A DNA stretch of 32,000 bases from the IMG/VR virus record IMGVR_UViG_3300045988_143154, positions 54,365 to 86,364 of that record. One strand, given 5' to 3'. The notes under the pieces are model-generated. The model was not told the DNA's origin and did no database searches. It worked only from the letters and a program-made list of their open reading frames with translations. Positions 9,347-18,691 of the stretch are shown piece by piece. Each line of letters starts with the position of its first letter. Position 1 is the first letter of the stretch. This DNA is from a virus. A program made the position numbers and the translations under genes.

Positions 9347-10513
9347 ATGAAGAAATCAACAATCCCTTACACAGTTATGCAGTTAAAGAAAATGTATGAG
9401 AAATCTGGAATTCTGGATTTCGATTGCCCTATTCAGAGAAGATATGGAATGTGGGACGATTATAAAAAGAGTCTGTTACCACATTCAATGCTTATCGGGT
9501 TTGTCATTCCACCATTGTATTTTACAAAAGAAAACAAAGGCACAAGAGATAAAAAGAACAGACCAGTATCTAATTATTCTTGCATTGACGGTCAGCACAG
9601 ACTTCGCAGCTTATTCAGTTTTATCAATGATGAGTATGCACTGCATCCAGAAACGCCAGAAGTTGAAGTTGATGGAGAAATTTATGAAATTGCTGGATTG
9701 AAATTCTCAGAGCTGCCGGAAGAAATTCAGCAGATGATTAACGGATATGTTTTTACGATTTACAACTTAGAAGAATGTACAGATGAAGAAATCGAGGAAA
9801 TGTTCTTTAGACTGAATAACGGATCTGGATTAAGTAAAACTCAGATTGCCAATGTAAAACTGGGTATGAACCTGGCAAAATTTGTTAAAGAGATTCTTGT
9901 CGGAAAGTTCTTTGAAGATGTTTGTCATTTCACACCAGCTCAGTATCGTAGAGCAGCAGACGAAAAGACACTTTTACAGGCTATGATGCTGTTAGACGTA
10001 AAAGATGGAGATTATGAACTTACTTCTATTTCAGAAGGTCAGGTAACAAAGTATGCGGAAAATCTGCATGATTCTTATACAGATGAAAAGCGTGAACGTC
10101 TTCTTAAAATTGTCAAGTATCTGGAAGATGGATTCGACCAGAAAGAAAAATTCATGAAGGTTGTAAATATTCCGATTTTCATGTACATGGCAGATGAGGC
10201 AATCAACAACGATATCAAAGCAGAAGATTTCTACAAATGGTTTGAGGTTTTCGCAGACAAATATAACCCGGATTGTGCCTATGCACAGTATTGTTCTACT
10301 GGATCTATCAAGAAAGAAAAAGTAGAGGGAAGAATCTCTGTTATGAGCAAAGATTTTAGAGATTACTTCAAATTCAATGACAGTAATGATGAAGCAGATG
10401 AAGAGACAAAAGTGAAAGAATTTGATGAATCCAGTGAACAGGTTGTAGAGTCTAAAACTCCACTGACTGACGATTTCATGGATGATTTAGATAATGAACT
10501 TCCATTTTGCTAA
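9347..10513 (+). CDS. DUF262/ParB-like (GmrS N-domain-like) protein
   Basis: FDCPIQRRYGMWDD and SCIDGQHRLRSLFSFINDE are characteristic of DUF262/ParB-like nuclease domain proteins. Confidence 0.8.
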   Translation: MKKSTIPYTVMQLKKMYEKSGILDFDCPIQRRYGMWDDYKKSLLPHSMLIGFVIPPLYFTKENKGTRDKKNRPVSNYSCIDGQHRLRSLFSFINDEYALHPETPEVEVDGEIYEIAGLKFSELPEEIQQMINGYVFTIYNLEECTDEEIEEMFFRLNNGSGLSKTQIANVKLGMNLAKFVKEILVGKFFEDVCHFTPAQYRRAADEKTLLQAMMLLDVKDGDYELTSISEGQVTKYAENLHDSYTDEKRERLLKIVKYLEDGFDQKEKFMKVVNIPIFMYMADEAINNDIKAEDFYKWFEVFADKYNPDCAYAQYCSTGSIKKEKVEGRISVMSKDFRDYFKFNDSNDEADEETKVKEFDESSEQVVESKTPLTDDFMDDLDNELPFC

Positions 10514-10598
10514 AAAGATTTGATCGGTGTATGGTAGGTAAATCCTGCCACGCCGTAAAAATAAATTAAAATCAAACAAAAATAAAGGAGAATACACG

Positions 10599-11363
10599 AT
10601 GAAATTATTTAAAAACAAGAAAACAGGGAAAATGTATGTAACACTTTCAGAGGAAAAAGATTGCTTAGTGGGATTTGATGGAGTTCCGTATACAGGATCT
10701 TCGGACGATGTTGAGGAAGTTTCGACAACGGCATCAGCACAGGATTTTCGCAGATTACATGAAGAGGCAAATGGTTTTTCTATTGGTTGTAGTGTAAATG
10801 TAGAAGATCCTACAAAAGTGACAATAGAAATTACGCATAGTGCAACAAATGAAAATAAAAGAAAATACAAAGTGGGGGATAAGTTTTCGTTTTCTTTAAA
10901 AAATGGAGAAAGTGTGACAGCACTTGCGGTTAAGGAAGAAACGGATGGAATGGTCTTCATCTTTGAAGATTGTTTAAGCAAAGCATACCCTATGAATGAC
11001 AATCTGATGGATATGCTCAATAATGAGTTGTATAAATTATTTCCTGATAAGATTCGAGATGCTATGGTTTCTTTTGATGGTAATAGCATGATTAGAATTC
11101 CAACCGAAAAAGAAATTTTTGGTGTTAATAAATATGGCGAGAAAGAATCTGATGATGTAAAGCAGTTTGAGCCGATGAAAAATAGAAGAAACAGAATTGC
11201 ATTTAGGAACAATGAATTTGAATGGTACTGGTTGAAAAACCGTGGTGTGGGGAGTGCGGCTTACTTCGCTTTTGTGGACGACAGCGGTAATGCGGACGAC
11301 GGCGACGCCTCTTATTCTGTTGGTGTTCGCCCGCTTTTCAAAATCAGATTTGTAGAAATCTGA
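10599..11363 (+). CDS. DUF6273-like protein; candidate diversity-generating-retroelement target
   Basis: C-terminus FEWYWLKNRGVGSAAYFAFVDDSGNADDGDASYSVGVRPLFKIR matches the W-x-LR...V...G...GVRP C-type-lectin-like pattern; 3' end is locally GC-rich. Confidence 0.55.
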   Translation: MKLFKNKKTGKMYVTLSEEKDCLVGFDGVPYTGSSDDVEEVSTTASAQDFRRLHEEANGFSIGCSVNVEDPTKVTIEITHSATNENKRKYKVGDKFSFSLKNGESVTALAVKEETDGMVFIFEDCLSKAYPMNDNLMDMLNNELYKLFPDKIRDAMVSFDGNSMIRIPTEKEIFGVNKYGEKESDDVKQFEPMKNRRNRIAFRNNEFEWYWLKNRGVGSAAYFAFVDDSGNADDGDASYSVGVRPLFKIRFVEI

Positions 11364-11375
11364 AATCTTTAATCT

Positions 11376-11395
11376 TACCGCCATTTATGGCGGTA
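11376..11395. other. perfect 9-bp stem hairpin TACCGCCAT-TT-ATGGCGGTA
   Basis: Direct reading; no downstream T-tract. Confidence 0.85.
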
Positions 11396-11479
11396 TGTTA
11401 AAGGCTGTGATTAAGAGAATAGGAGCGTAAAAGGAAATGAAGAAAATTCGTAAAATGAATTTGCATTGCAACTATTATA

Positions 11480-11734
11480 TTGATGGCTTGTTTCGCTTGT
11501 ACGGCTTGTGGGACTACATATCAGGAAGCGGTATCAGAAGAATACGCCACAGATGATAGTATATGTGGAAACTATTTCACAACTATCACGGAATGGGATG
11601 ATACCACGGCATATTACAAAATCGCATATGCAAAAGATACTAAAGTGAAATACCTAATTATTGTATCTGGCTATAAATTTGGAATAACACCATTGTATAA
11701 CGCTGATGGTACATTACAGGTGTATGAAGAATAA
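11480..11734 (+). CDS. small lipoprotein-like protein, apparently frame-disrupted at the N-terminus
   Basis: ICIATIILMACFACTACG lipobox-like stretch in this frame; the basic start MKKIRKM (ATG 11437) with RBS is in another frame. Confidence 0.45.
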   Translation: MMACFACTACGTTYQEAVSEEYATDDSICGNYFTTITEWDDTTAYYKIAYAKDTKVKYLIIVSGYKFGITPLYNADGTLQVYEE

Positions 11735-11826
11735 ATAAAATCAGTTTTTTATTGTGAAATATATACTATATATAGATGCTATGATTGACAAATGCACTAT
11801 ATATGGTATCGAGATGGGAGAAAATT

Positions 11827-12387
11827 ATGATAGCAATTAAGTGGTCTGATTATCAGAAATATGGTTGCCCGAAATGTGGGTGCAATTCCGCAAGGAGTGG
11901 AAACGTAAGCGGTAGAGGAACGGCATCTGGCACTTGTAGAGAGTGCAAAGAAAGTTTTGTAGTGTTAAGCGATGAAGTAACAAAATCTGCATTTGGGTAT
12001 TGTACTGGTAAAAAGGATTCTCAGGGAAAAGATATTTTTGAATATCCAGAAGTACAAAAACATCCGAGAAACGGGATTCCGTGTCATCAATGGGTGCAGC
12101 CAGATCCAAAACCAGAATACGGAGAGTATTGGAATTCAAGAGGAATTGGCTATGATTTGAGCGGATTCGTGAAATCTAAGAAAGCCGGAGAAAGACTTCT
12201 GAAAATGGTAAAAGAAGTTTTAGGTAAGGATAAGCCGGAGTCGTGGCTTGATTGGAGAGAGTATGAGCCTGAATGGATTCAGTTCAAATTTCAAGGAAGT
12301 GAGTTCGATTTGGAACGGTTGGATAAATTAGCGACTGGAAATTCAAATATTTTGACAAAAGAAATTTTGATAGAATGTAAAATCTGA
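11827..12387 (+). CDS. zinc-ribbon-containing hypothetical protein (186 aa from ATG 11827)
   Basis: GCPKCGC...GTCRECKESF Cys4 pattern; GGGAG RBS precedes ATG 11827. Confidence 0.65.
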   Translation: MIAIKWSDYQKYGCPKCGCNSARSGNVSGRGTASGTCRECKESFVVLSDEVTKSAFGYCTGKKDSQGKDIFEYPEVQKHPRNGIPCHQWVQPDPKPEYGEYWNSRGIGYDLSGFVKSKKAGERLLKMVKEVLGKDKPESWLDWREYEPEWIQFKFQGSEFDLERLDKLATGNSNILTKEILIECKI

Positions 12388-12399
12388 AAGGAGAAAATT

Positions 12400-13716
12400 A
12401 TGAAGTTAGGAAGAATCGTAACAAGTTTATTGGAGAATGATCTGTATAAATTCAGCATGGGACAGGCAATCTATCATCAGTTCTCAGACTACAAGACAAC
12501 ATGGAGTTTCAAATGTCGGAATAAAGACGTACATTTCACAAAAGAAATGGTTAAAGAAATCAGAGAACAGATTAAAGCATATTGTGAGCTGCGGTTCACA
12601 GAAGACGAACTGAACTATCTGGACGGTATTAAATGGATTAAAGGATCTTACATTGATTTCCTAAGACTCTGGAAACCACGATATGAAGATTTCACAATTA
12701 CGGATGATGCAGAATGTGGACTTGTCATTGAAACTGCCGGTACATGGTTAAATACTTCTATGTACGAAATCCCGACACTTGCTATTGTAAATGAAGTGTA
12801 TTTCAGAATGCAGTATGATTATGGCGAGCTGTTAAGTAGCTTCAAGAAAAGACTGGATAACAAGTATGTAAAACTTCGCAATGGTCATTGGTATTGTGGT
12901 ACATTTTCAGAATTTGGACTTCGCCGGAGATTATCTGCAGAAGCACAGGAACTTGTTGTTGAGAAGTTCTCACACCTGAATGATACGGCGCATTGTGCAT
13001 CAAGATTTATTGGTACTTCAAACGTATTTCTTGCGAAAAAGTACGGAGTTACACCAGTTGGCACAATGGCACATGAATGGATTATGTGTGTAGGACAGGG
13101 AAATCACAAGCACAATCCGGCATATTCTAATTGGTATGCACTTGATGCATGGGTTAAGGAATATGGAGTTTTGAATGGTACAGCACTGACAGATACAATT
13201 ACAACTGATTGTTTCCTGGAAGATTTTCAGCTTACATTCGCAACATTGTTTTCTGGCGTTCGTCATGATTCGGGTGATCCGATGGTGTGGGGCGAAAAGA
13301 TGATTAAGCACTATGAAAAACTGGGGATTGATACGAAAACAAAAACATTGCTTTTCTCTGATTCACTGGATTTTGAGAGAGCAGATAAGATTTGCCGACA
13401 TTTTTCAAAGAAAGCAAAAGTCGCATTCGGAATCGGCACATATTTGTCAAATGATACTTGCGTAAGTCCACTCAATATCGTTATGAAGACTACAAAATGC
13501 AATGGTCAGGATGTGGCTAAAATTTCCGATGTTGAAGGAAAGGGAATGTGTAAGAATCCAGAGTATGTGGATTATTTGAAAAGATCAATTGGTTGGAGAA
13601 TGGAGTCCTCAAAGAAAGCAGAAATGGACGAAAAACTGACTTCATATTTTAAAAGCAGTTTTACGGGAGAAAAGACACCTGTTTTAATGCAGGGTAGTGG
13701 GAAAAGTAGAATGTAA
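12400..13716 (+). CDS. pncB: nicotinate phosphoribosyltransferase
   Basis: NDLYKFSMGQAIYHQF, GTMAHEW, FSDSLDFERA and FGIGTYLSND motifs of NAPRTase. Confidence 0.88.
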   Translation: MKLGRIVTSLLENDLYKFSMGQAIYHQFSDYKTTWSFKCRNKDVHFTKEMVKEIREQIKAYCELRFTEDELNYLDGIKWIKGSYIDFLRLWKPRYEDFTITDDAECGLVIETAGTWLNTSMYEIPTLAIVNEVYFRMQYDYGELLSSFKKRLDNKYVKLRNGHWYCGTFSEFGLRRRLSAEAQELVVEKFSHLNDTAHCASRFIGTSNVFLAKKYGVTPVGTMAHEWIMCVGQGNHKHNPAYSNWYALDAWVKEYGVLNGTALTDTITTDCFLEDFQLTFATLFSGVRHDSGDPMVWGEKMIKHYEKLGIDTKTKTLLFSDSLDFERADKICRHFSKKAKVAFGIGTYLSNDTCVSPLNIVMKTTKCNGQDVAKISDVEGKGMCKNPEYVDYLKRSIGWRMESSKKAEMDEKLTSYFKSSFTGEKTPVLMQGSGKSRM

Positions 13717-13734
13717 AGAAAGGCGGTATCTGAA

Positions 13735-14481
13735 ATGAGTTTTAGTGCAAAAGAAGTAAAAGATAAGTGCGTAGAGTGGATCAGAGAATGGTTCAAAGAA
13801 AATGGGAATCAGTGTAAAGCTGTAATTGGAATCAGTGGAGGTGTTGACTCTTCTGTAGTAGCTGCATTGTGTGTGGAAGCATTAGGGAAAGAAAGAGTAT
13901 ACGGTGTGTTAATGCCACAGAACAGCCAGGATGACATTGATTATTCTTATGAGTTATGTGAACATCTGGGAATTGAACATTGTGTTATTGATATTGGTAA
14001 TACTGTAGAGGATATGTTGACTCTTATGTACATTAAAAGTGGAATTAAAGTTTCTAATCAGACAGAAATAAATATTCCGGCTAGAGTAAGAATGGTAATG
14101 TTGTACGCAATTTCTCAGTCGATTGACGGGCGTGTTGCAAATACATGTAATTTGTCTGAAAATTATGTTGGTTACAGTACAAAATATGGAGATGCAGCAG
14201 GAGATTTTTCGCCACTAGAAGATTTAACAAAGACAGAAGTGAAAGCGATTGGGAAAGAGCTTGGATTGCCGGAACGACTGGTTAATAAAGTTCCTACAGA
14301 TGGTTTGTGCGGAAAAACTGATGAAGAAAATTTTGGATTTTCGTATGATATGTTGGACAGATATATTAGAACAGGAAAGATTGATGATCTTCCAAAACAG
14401 CGTAATATCGAATGTTTACATATGATGAATGAATTTAAGATGAAACCAATGGCACATTTTGAATATATGGAAGAAAATTGA
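13735..14481 (+). CDS. nadE: NAD+ synthase (NH3-dependent type)
   Basis: GISGGVDSSVVAALCVEALG PP-loop, MPQNSQDDIDYS, STKYGDAAGDFSPLEDLTKTEV. Confidence 0.93.
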   Translation: MSFSAKEVKDKCVEWIREWFKENGNQCKAVIGISGGVDSSVVAALCVEALGKERVYGVLMPQNSQDDIDYSYELCEHLGIEHCVIDIGNTVEDMLTLMYIKSGIKVSNQTEINIPARVRMVMLYAISQSIDGRVANTCNLSENYVGYSTKYGDAAGDFSPLEDLTKTEVKAIGKELGLPERLVNKVPTDGLCGKTDEENFGFSYDMLDRYIRTGKIDDLPKQRNIECLHMMNEFKMKPMAHFEYMEEN

Positions 14482-14494
14482 AAGGAATACAATT

Positions 14495-15067
14495 ATGGGT
14501 AAGACAATAGCAGCAGAAAAACTTACAAATGAAAAGTTTCTGAATCTGTATAAAGTTCATGCAGAAACAGAGTCAGGAGATCAGATTGGATATTTGGTTG
14601 CTTCCAGAGCAAAAGAAGTTGATGGACTAAAAGCGATAAATCATGATGACAAAGTGGATGCTGTGGCAATTTGCGCATTGACAGAAGACGATAAAATGGT
14701 GCTGATTCGCCAGTACAGATATGCAATCGGTAGCTATATCTATGAACTTCCGGCTGGACTTGTTGACGATGGAGAAAGCGTTTGTGATGCAGCAATAAGA
14801 GAAATGTATGAGGAAACAGGGCTGACACTTGAAATCACAGATTTGCCGATTGGAAATAAAGGCGGTTATTCAAGTGCCGGAATGACTGACGAAACTTGCA
14901 CACTTGTAGTAGGCAAGGTAACTGGCGAAATTTCCGATAAATATAAAGAAGCGTCAGAAGAAATTGAAGTATTGCTTGTAGATAAAAAAGAAGCAGCACG
15001 TATCTTAAAAGAAGAAAACGTATGTATCAGATTAGCTCTTGTGCTTATGATGTTTATACATGAGTAG
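14495..15067 (+). CDS. Nudix hydrolase, ADP-ribose pyrophosphatase-like
   Basis: Nudix box GLVDDGESVCDAAIREMYEETGLTLE; ATG 14495 with AAAGGA upstream. Confidence 0.88.
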   Translation: MGKTIAAEKLTNEKFLNLYKVHAETESGDQIGYLVASRAKEVDGLKAINHDDKVDAVAICALTEDDKMVLIRQYRYAIGSYIYELPAGLVDDGESVCDAAIREMYEETGLTLEITDLPIGNKGGYSSAGMTDETCTLVVGKVTGEISDKYKEASEEIEVLLVDKKEAARILKEENVCIRLALVLMMFIHE

Positions 15068-15076
15068 GAGGGCGTT

Positions 15077-15628
15077 ATGACAATACATAAGAAAGGAAAA
15101 GAGCGTGACTATGAGAAGAAACGCACGATTGCCCACATAATTGTTATTCTGGTTGCTTTGGTGTTACTTGCTATTATTTCAGTAGTGGCAGCGAAAAAGT
15201 CCAACCAAATAGAAAAGAATGTCACAAAATCAGATCCAGAGCCACTTGTCATTGAAAAATCAATCCCAAAAGATAACGATTCATCATTTGAGTCGGATTC
15301 TGAGAGTGTGAAGAAATTTCAAGACAAATATTCTATGGACTGGGGTTTTGTAGATGCTCAGTGTCTATTAAAAATAGCAGAATATCATGGTGGAACAAAA
15401 GAAGAACGTGCATATACAATTCTTGTAACACTAAATAAAGTATTTGAAGAACGTAGATCCATACAAGATATAGTTCTTGAAGAGCTGTATGATAATGATG
15501 GACTGGAATCAGATGACTTTGAAAAAATTGTTGCATCAGATGTAACAAAGGAAGCATTAAAGATGATAGTGTATGATCGGTTCGATAATAGTGCTGGTTC
15601 TATAGAATACAAAGAATTTTATAATTAA
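15077..15628 (+). CDS. membrane-anchored protein, possibly SleB/cell-wall-hydrolase-like
   Basis: N-terminal TM helix TIAHIIVILVALVLLAIISVVAA; KIAEYHGGTKEERAYTILVTLNKVFEE...SIQDIVLE weakly resembles SleB-type hydrolases. Confidence 0.45.
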   Translation: MTIHKKGKERDYEKKRTIAHIIVILVALVLLAIISVVAAKKSNQIEKNVTKSDPEPLVIEKSIPKDNDSSFESDSESVKKFQDKYSMDWGFVDAQCLLKIAEYHGGTKEERAYTILVTLNKVFEERRSIQDIVLEELYDNDGLESDDFEKIVASDVTKEALKMIVYDRFDNSAGSIEYKEFYN

Positions 15629-15642
15629 ACCATAATAAATGG

Positions 15643-15670
15643 TTGACAAATCAAGAAAACATGATATACT
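15643..15670 (+). promoter_or_regulatory. promoter TTGACA-N16-TATACT
   Basis: Direct reading upstream of CDS 15696. Confidence 0.7.
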
Positions 15671-15695
15671 ATAATCAGAAACGAGGTGATATGAA

Positions 15696-15947
15696 ATGTC
15701 AGGCACAAACTTGAATCGGATTAAAAACAAGCGTATGCAGAAAAATAACACTTCTGGTGTTACCGGCGTTTCTTTTCATTCAGGAATGGGACAATGGTAT
15801 GCAAGAATCTCTTTTAAAGGGAAAACGTATAGCTTGGGTTATTTTGATGAACTTGATGATGCGGTTAAAGCCAGGAGAGATGCGGAAAAGAAGTTGCATG
15901 ATGGTTTCATATCTCAAATAAGCCATAATAAAGTTATAGAAGTGTAA
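15696..15947 (+). CDS. standalone AP2-like DNA-binding domain protein
   Basis: NTSGVTGVSFHSGMGQWYARISFKGKTYSLGYFDELDDAVKARRDAEKKLHDGF is typical of bacterial/phage AP2 domains. Confidence 0.85.
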   Translation: MSGTNLNRIKNKRMQKNNTSGVTGVSFHSGMGQWYARISFKGKTYSLGYFDELDDAVKARRDAEKKLHDGFISQISHNKVIEV

Positions 15948-15959
15948 AGGAGAAGAAAG

Positions 15960-16781
15960 ATGATTAAACAGTTAATCCAGACAGAAACAAAAGTATTAAG
16001 CTCAAATACCGTTATTGATTGTGGCAGCGGTGATGTTGCTATCGGCATGGTAGATGTAAAGGACACACCAAATGTGCTTATTACATTTTCTGATATTCCA
16101 CAGCAGGAAGTCGGATCAAGTGTAAAAAATAAAGATGTTATCGGTACGCCGGTTGTAGTATCTTTTGATTCTGTTGAGAGTATCAAGGTTCTGAATACGT
16201 TTGTACAGGCTGCAATAAATAAGCTGAAAAAGAAAGAAGAGGTAGCAAAGAGAGCAGCTTTACCGCATTTTGTTGTAAAGACTGAAAGTATTATGATTCC
16301 GAGTTCTTTTAAATGTACAAATCCGAATGCAGAGAAGATCATGAGTTGCCAGCAGTATTTCAATGAAAATGGAAAGTTGGATGAAGCCATTGACGTAACA
16401 AGTACCCTTACACTTACAGATGGATATGTGAGATATCTGGTTGCGAAATACAATAAACTGGAAAAGGTAGAAGTTGTTGCAGCAAACGGCATTGATATCA
16501 AGGTTGGAAATCAGGTCATCAAATTCACATCAGACAATATCAGACTTTCTTATGGTCTGGGAAAAGATGATGAAACAGGCGAAAAGAAGTTTTACTTATC
16601 TATTATAAATGGTGGCAAGAGATATGAAATTCCGGCAGAGGACAATGTAGAAGCTGCCACAATGGTTAAGAAGATCACAAATGTATTCGATGCAAAAATC
16701 GGAATTGCAGCAGTTAGTACAATGAACTTTGGATTAAAAGAAAGACTTGAAGAAGCAGGTATTACTGTTGCATACGCATAA
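15960..16781 (+). CDS. hypothetical protein (273 aa)
   Basis: Long ORF preceded by AAAGGAGAAG. Confidence 0.7.
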   Translation: MIKQLIQTETKVLSSNTVIDCGSGDVAIGMVDVKDTPNVLITFSDIPQQEVGSSVKNKDVIGTPVVVSFDSVESIKVLNTFVQAAINKLKKKEEVAKRAALPHFVVKTESIMIPSSFKCTNPNAEKIMSCQQYFNENGKLDEAIDVTSTLTLTDGYVRYLVAKYNKLEKVEVVAANGIDIKVGNQVIKFTSDNIRLSYGLGKDDETGEKKFYLSIINGGKRYEIPAEDNVEAATMVKKITNVFDAKIGIAAVSTMNFGLKERLEEAGITVAYA

Positions 16782-16807
16782 CAAACGAAAATAAAGGACA
16801 AAACATT

Positions 16808-17284
16808 ATGATTTACAATATAGTTGGAGATTTATTAAAACAGGATAAAGTAGATATAATTTGTCATCAGACAAACTGTAAAGGTGTGATGGGTGCAGGA
16901 ATTGCATTTCAGATTAAAAGAACTTATCCAGAAGTATTCAAAAAGTACAAAGAGTTTTGTGATGAATATGAAAATATTTTACTTGGAAGAACATTATTCG
17001 TAAATTGTAATGACGGAAAAGTTGTTGCAAATCTGTTTGGTCAAGATGGCTATGGTAGAGGATTCTGCCAGACAGATTATGTGGCACTTGAAAAGGCGAT
17101 TGCTACGGTGGCAAAAACCGCAGCCAAATATAAAAAGAGTGTAGGATTTCCGTATAAAATTGGTTGCGATTTAGCCGGTGGCGATTGGTCAATAGTAAGC
17201 AAAATCATAGAAAAATATTTTATGGATTCTGAGGTGGATTGCTACATCTGTTCGCTAACACAGGAACAGGAGCATGAATGTTAA
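16808..17284 (+). CDS. macro domain (ADP-ribose-binding) protein
   Basis: MIYNIVGDLL...DIICHQTNCKGVMGAGIAFQIKRTYP...NLFGQDGYGRG...GCDLAGGDWSIV. Confidence 0.85.
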   Translation: MIYNIVGDLLKQDKVDIICHQTNCKGVMGAGIAFQIKRTYPEVFKKYKEFCDEYENILLGRTLFVNCNDGKVVANLFGQDGYGRGFCQTDYVALEKAIATVAKTAAKYKKSVGFPYKIGCDLAGGDWSIVSKIIEKYFMDSEVDCYICSLTQEQEHEC

Positions 17285-17553
17285 ATAAGAAAGAATTTAT
17301 AAATGTGGTTAGTGGCACTACTGGAAAATCTAAAAAAGAGGTTGAAAGTGCCGTTGACCTTGTGCTTGAAGGTATCAAGTATGCCTACAAGTATTATGAT
17401 GGTGTAAAGTTCGTTGGTTTTGGTACTTTTAAGAAAAAGACAACGAAATCACGAATGGGTACAGATCCAAACACACTTGAACGAATTAAAATAGAGTCAA
17501 ATGTGTTACCAAAATTCATTCCGGGAGCAGAACTGAGAGGAATCTTTGCTTAG
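17278..17553 (+). CDS. HU/IHF-family DNA-binding protein
   Basis: KKEFINVVSGTTGKSKKEVESAVDLVLEGI...VKFVGFGTFKKKTTKSRMGTDPNT. Confidence 0.85.
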   Translation: MLNKKEFINVVSGTTGKSKKEVESAVDLVLEGIKYAYKYYDGVKFVGFGTFKKKTTKSRMGTDPNTLERIKIESNVLPKFIPGAELRGIFA

Positions 17554-17587
17554 TTCCCGGAAATTCAAAAGAAAGTGCAGATAAATT

Positions 17588-18691
17588 ATGAGAGCATTCA
17601 GGAGTGGGAAAAGAGACTTTGTAAAAGACGAGATAGTATTTGTTGTTGATAAGCTGGACAATTTTATGGATATATTGATTGGTAAAATCAATACATACGC
17701 TGGTTATGGAAAATACTATGTTGATTTATATACGGTTACAGAGAAAAAAGAAGATATTGATCCGAATCTTAATATCAGAATTGGAGATGATGCTGGTATT
17801 AGAGAGTGGATTAACAGAGGGTATTTAGTATTACGGTCAACCGTTGAACATTACCATAAAAAGCATCCAGATTCTCCATTATATATTGTTGAGCGAAAAG
17901 ATAATATTTTTCATTCTTGGAAAGATTCGGTGGATGAATTTAACCGAAGGAAAGAAGAGAAGAAAGTCGAAGAAGAACGGCGCAGCAATATGACAGAATA
18001 TCAACTTTGCAGAGAAGACAATGCTATACACTTGAAAAAGTGCGGTCTTTCCGATGAGGAAATTTCTGAATGTCTCAATTTGATTGACGAAAATGACTCA
18101 CTGCCAGATATGGAAGATATTGACATCAGACGTTTTGGGAATGAAGTTCAGTGGAAATATCGTAGTAAATGGGAAAAGTTAATTGAACTTAACCGACCAG
18201 AAGAAGAAAAACATAGTGAAAAATACTATGCAAATATATACCATGTGTGGGATATGGATCAAGAACCTGTTTTTAGAGGGTATACCAATGAATCGCCGGA
18301 GTCTTTGTTTGAGAAATATAGTGATTATACAGAGTATTATTTTCACGTTGCCAACAAAGAGTGGAGCATCGAAAAAGGTCTTGAAATTCCAGTGGGATAT
18401 AGTAGTTGCGTTGCAGCAGATGAAAATGGAGAGTTAAAACCGGCACTTGTTATAGAGTATTTGACAGAACATGGTTCTTTCGAGCTGGTTGGTGGGAAAC
18501 TTAGACATTTTGACATTTCCATTGATTATAAACATAGCGTAAATACTTTTTGGATTTCTGTGCTTTCAAAAACCAAACTGAGCAACCAGGAAATCCGTGA
18601 ATGGTTCTTAAAGAGAATCGGAAAAGTAACGGGGAAATATGAAGATCTTTTCAAAGAGAAAATCAATGAGCTGGACATCAGAAAAGCATAA
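17588..18691 (+). CDS. hypothetical protein (367 aa)
   Basis: Long ORF; TAA stop directly abuts the tmRNA 5' end. Confidence 0.65.
   Translation: MRAFRSGKRDFVKDEIVFVVDKLDNFMDILIGKINTYAGYGKYYVDLYTVTEKKEDIDPNLNIRIGDDAGIREWINRGYLVLRSTVEHYHKKHPDSPLYIVERKDNIFHSWKDSVDEFNRRKEEKKVEEERRSNMTEYQLCREDNAIHLKKCGLSDEEISECLNLIDENDSLPDMEDIDIRRFGNEVQWKYRSKWEKLIELNRPEEEKHSEKYYANIYHVWDMDQEPVFRGYTNESPESLFEKYSDYTEYYFHVANKEWSIEKGLEIPVGYSSCVAADENGELKPALVIEYLTEHGSFELVGGKLRHFDISIDYKHSVNTFWISVLSKTKLSNQEIREWFLKRIGKVTGKYEDLFKEKINELDIRKA

Noticed and set aside
9347-10513. Complete GmrSD type IV restriction system
   Set aside because: Only a DUF262-like domain is visible, with no DUF1524/HNH-like C-terminal partner in the protein or neighbouring gene.
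15333-15612. Leu-rich minus-strand ORFs resembling membrane proteins
   Set aside because: Antisense to the 15077-15628 CDS and low-complexity; no RBS or conserved pattern.
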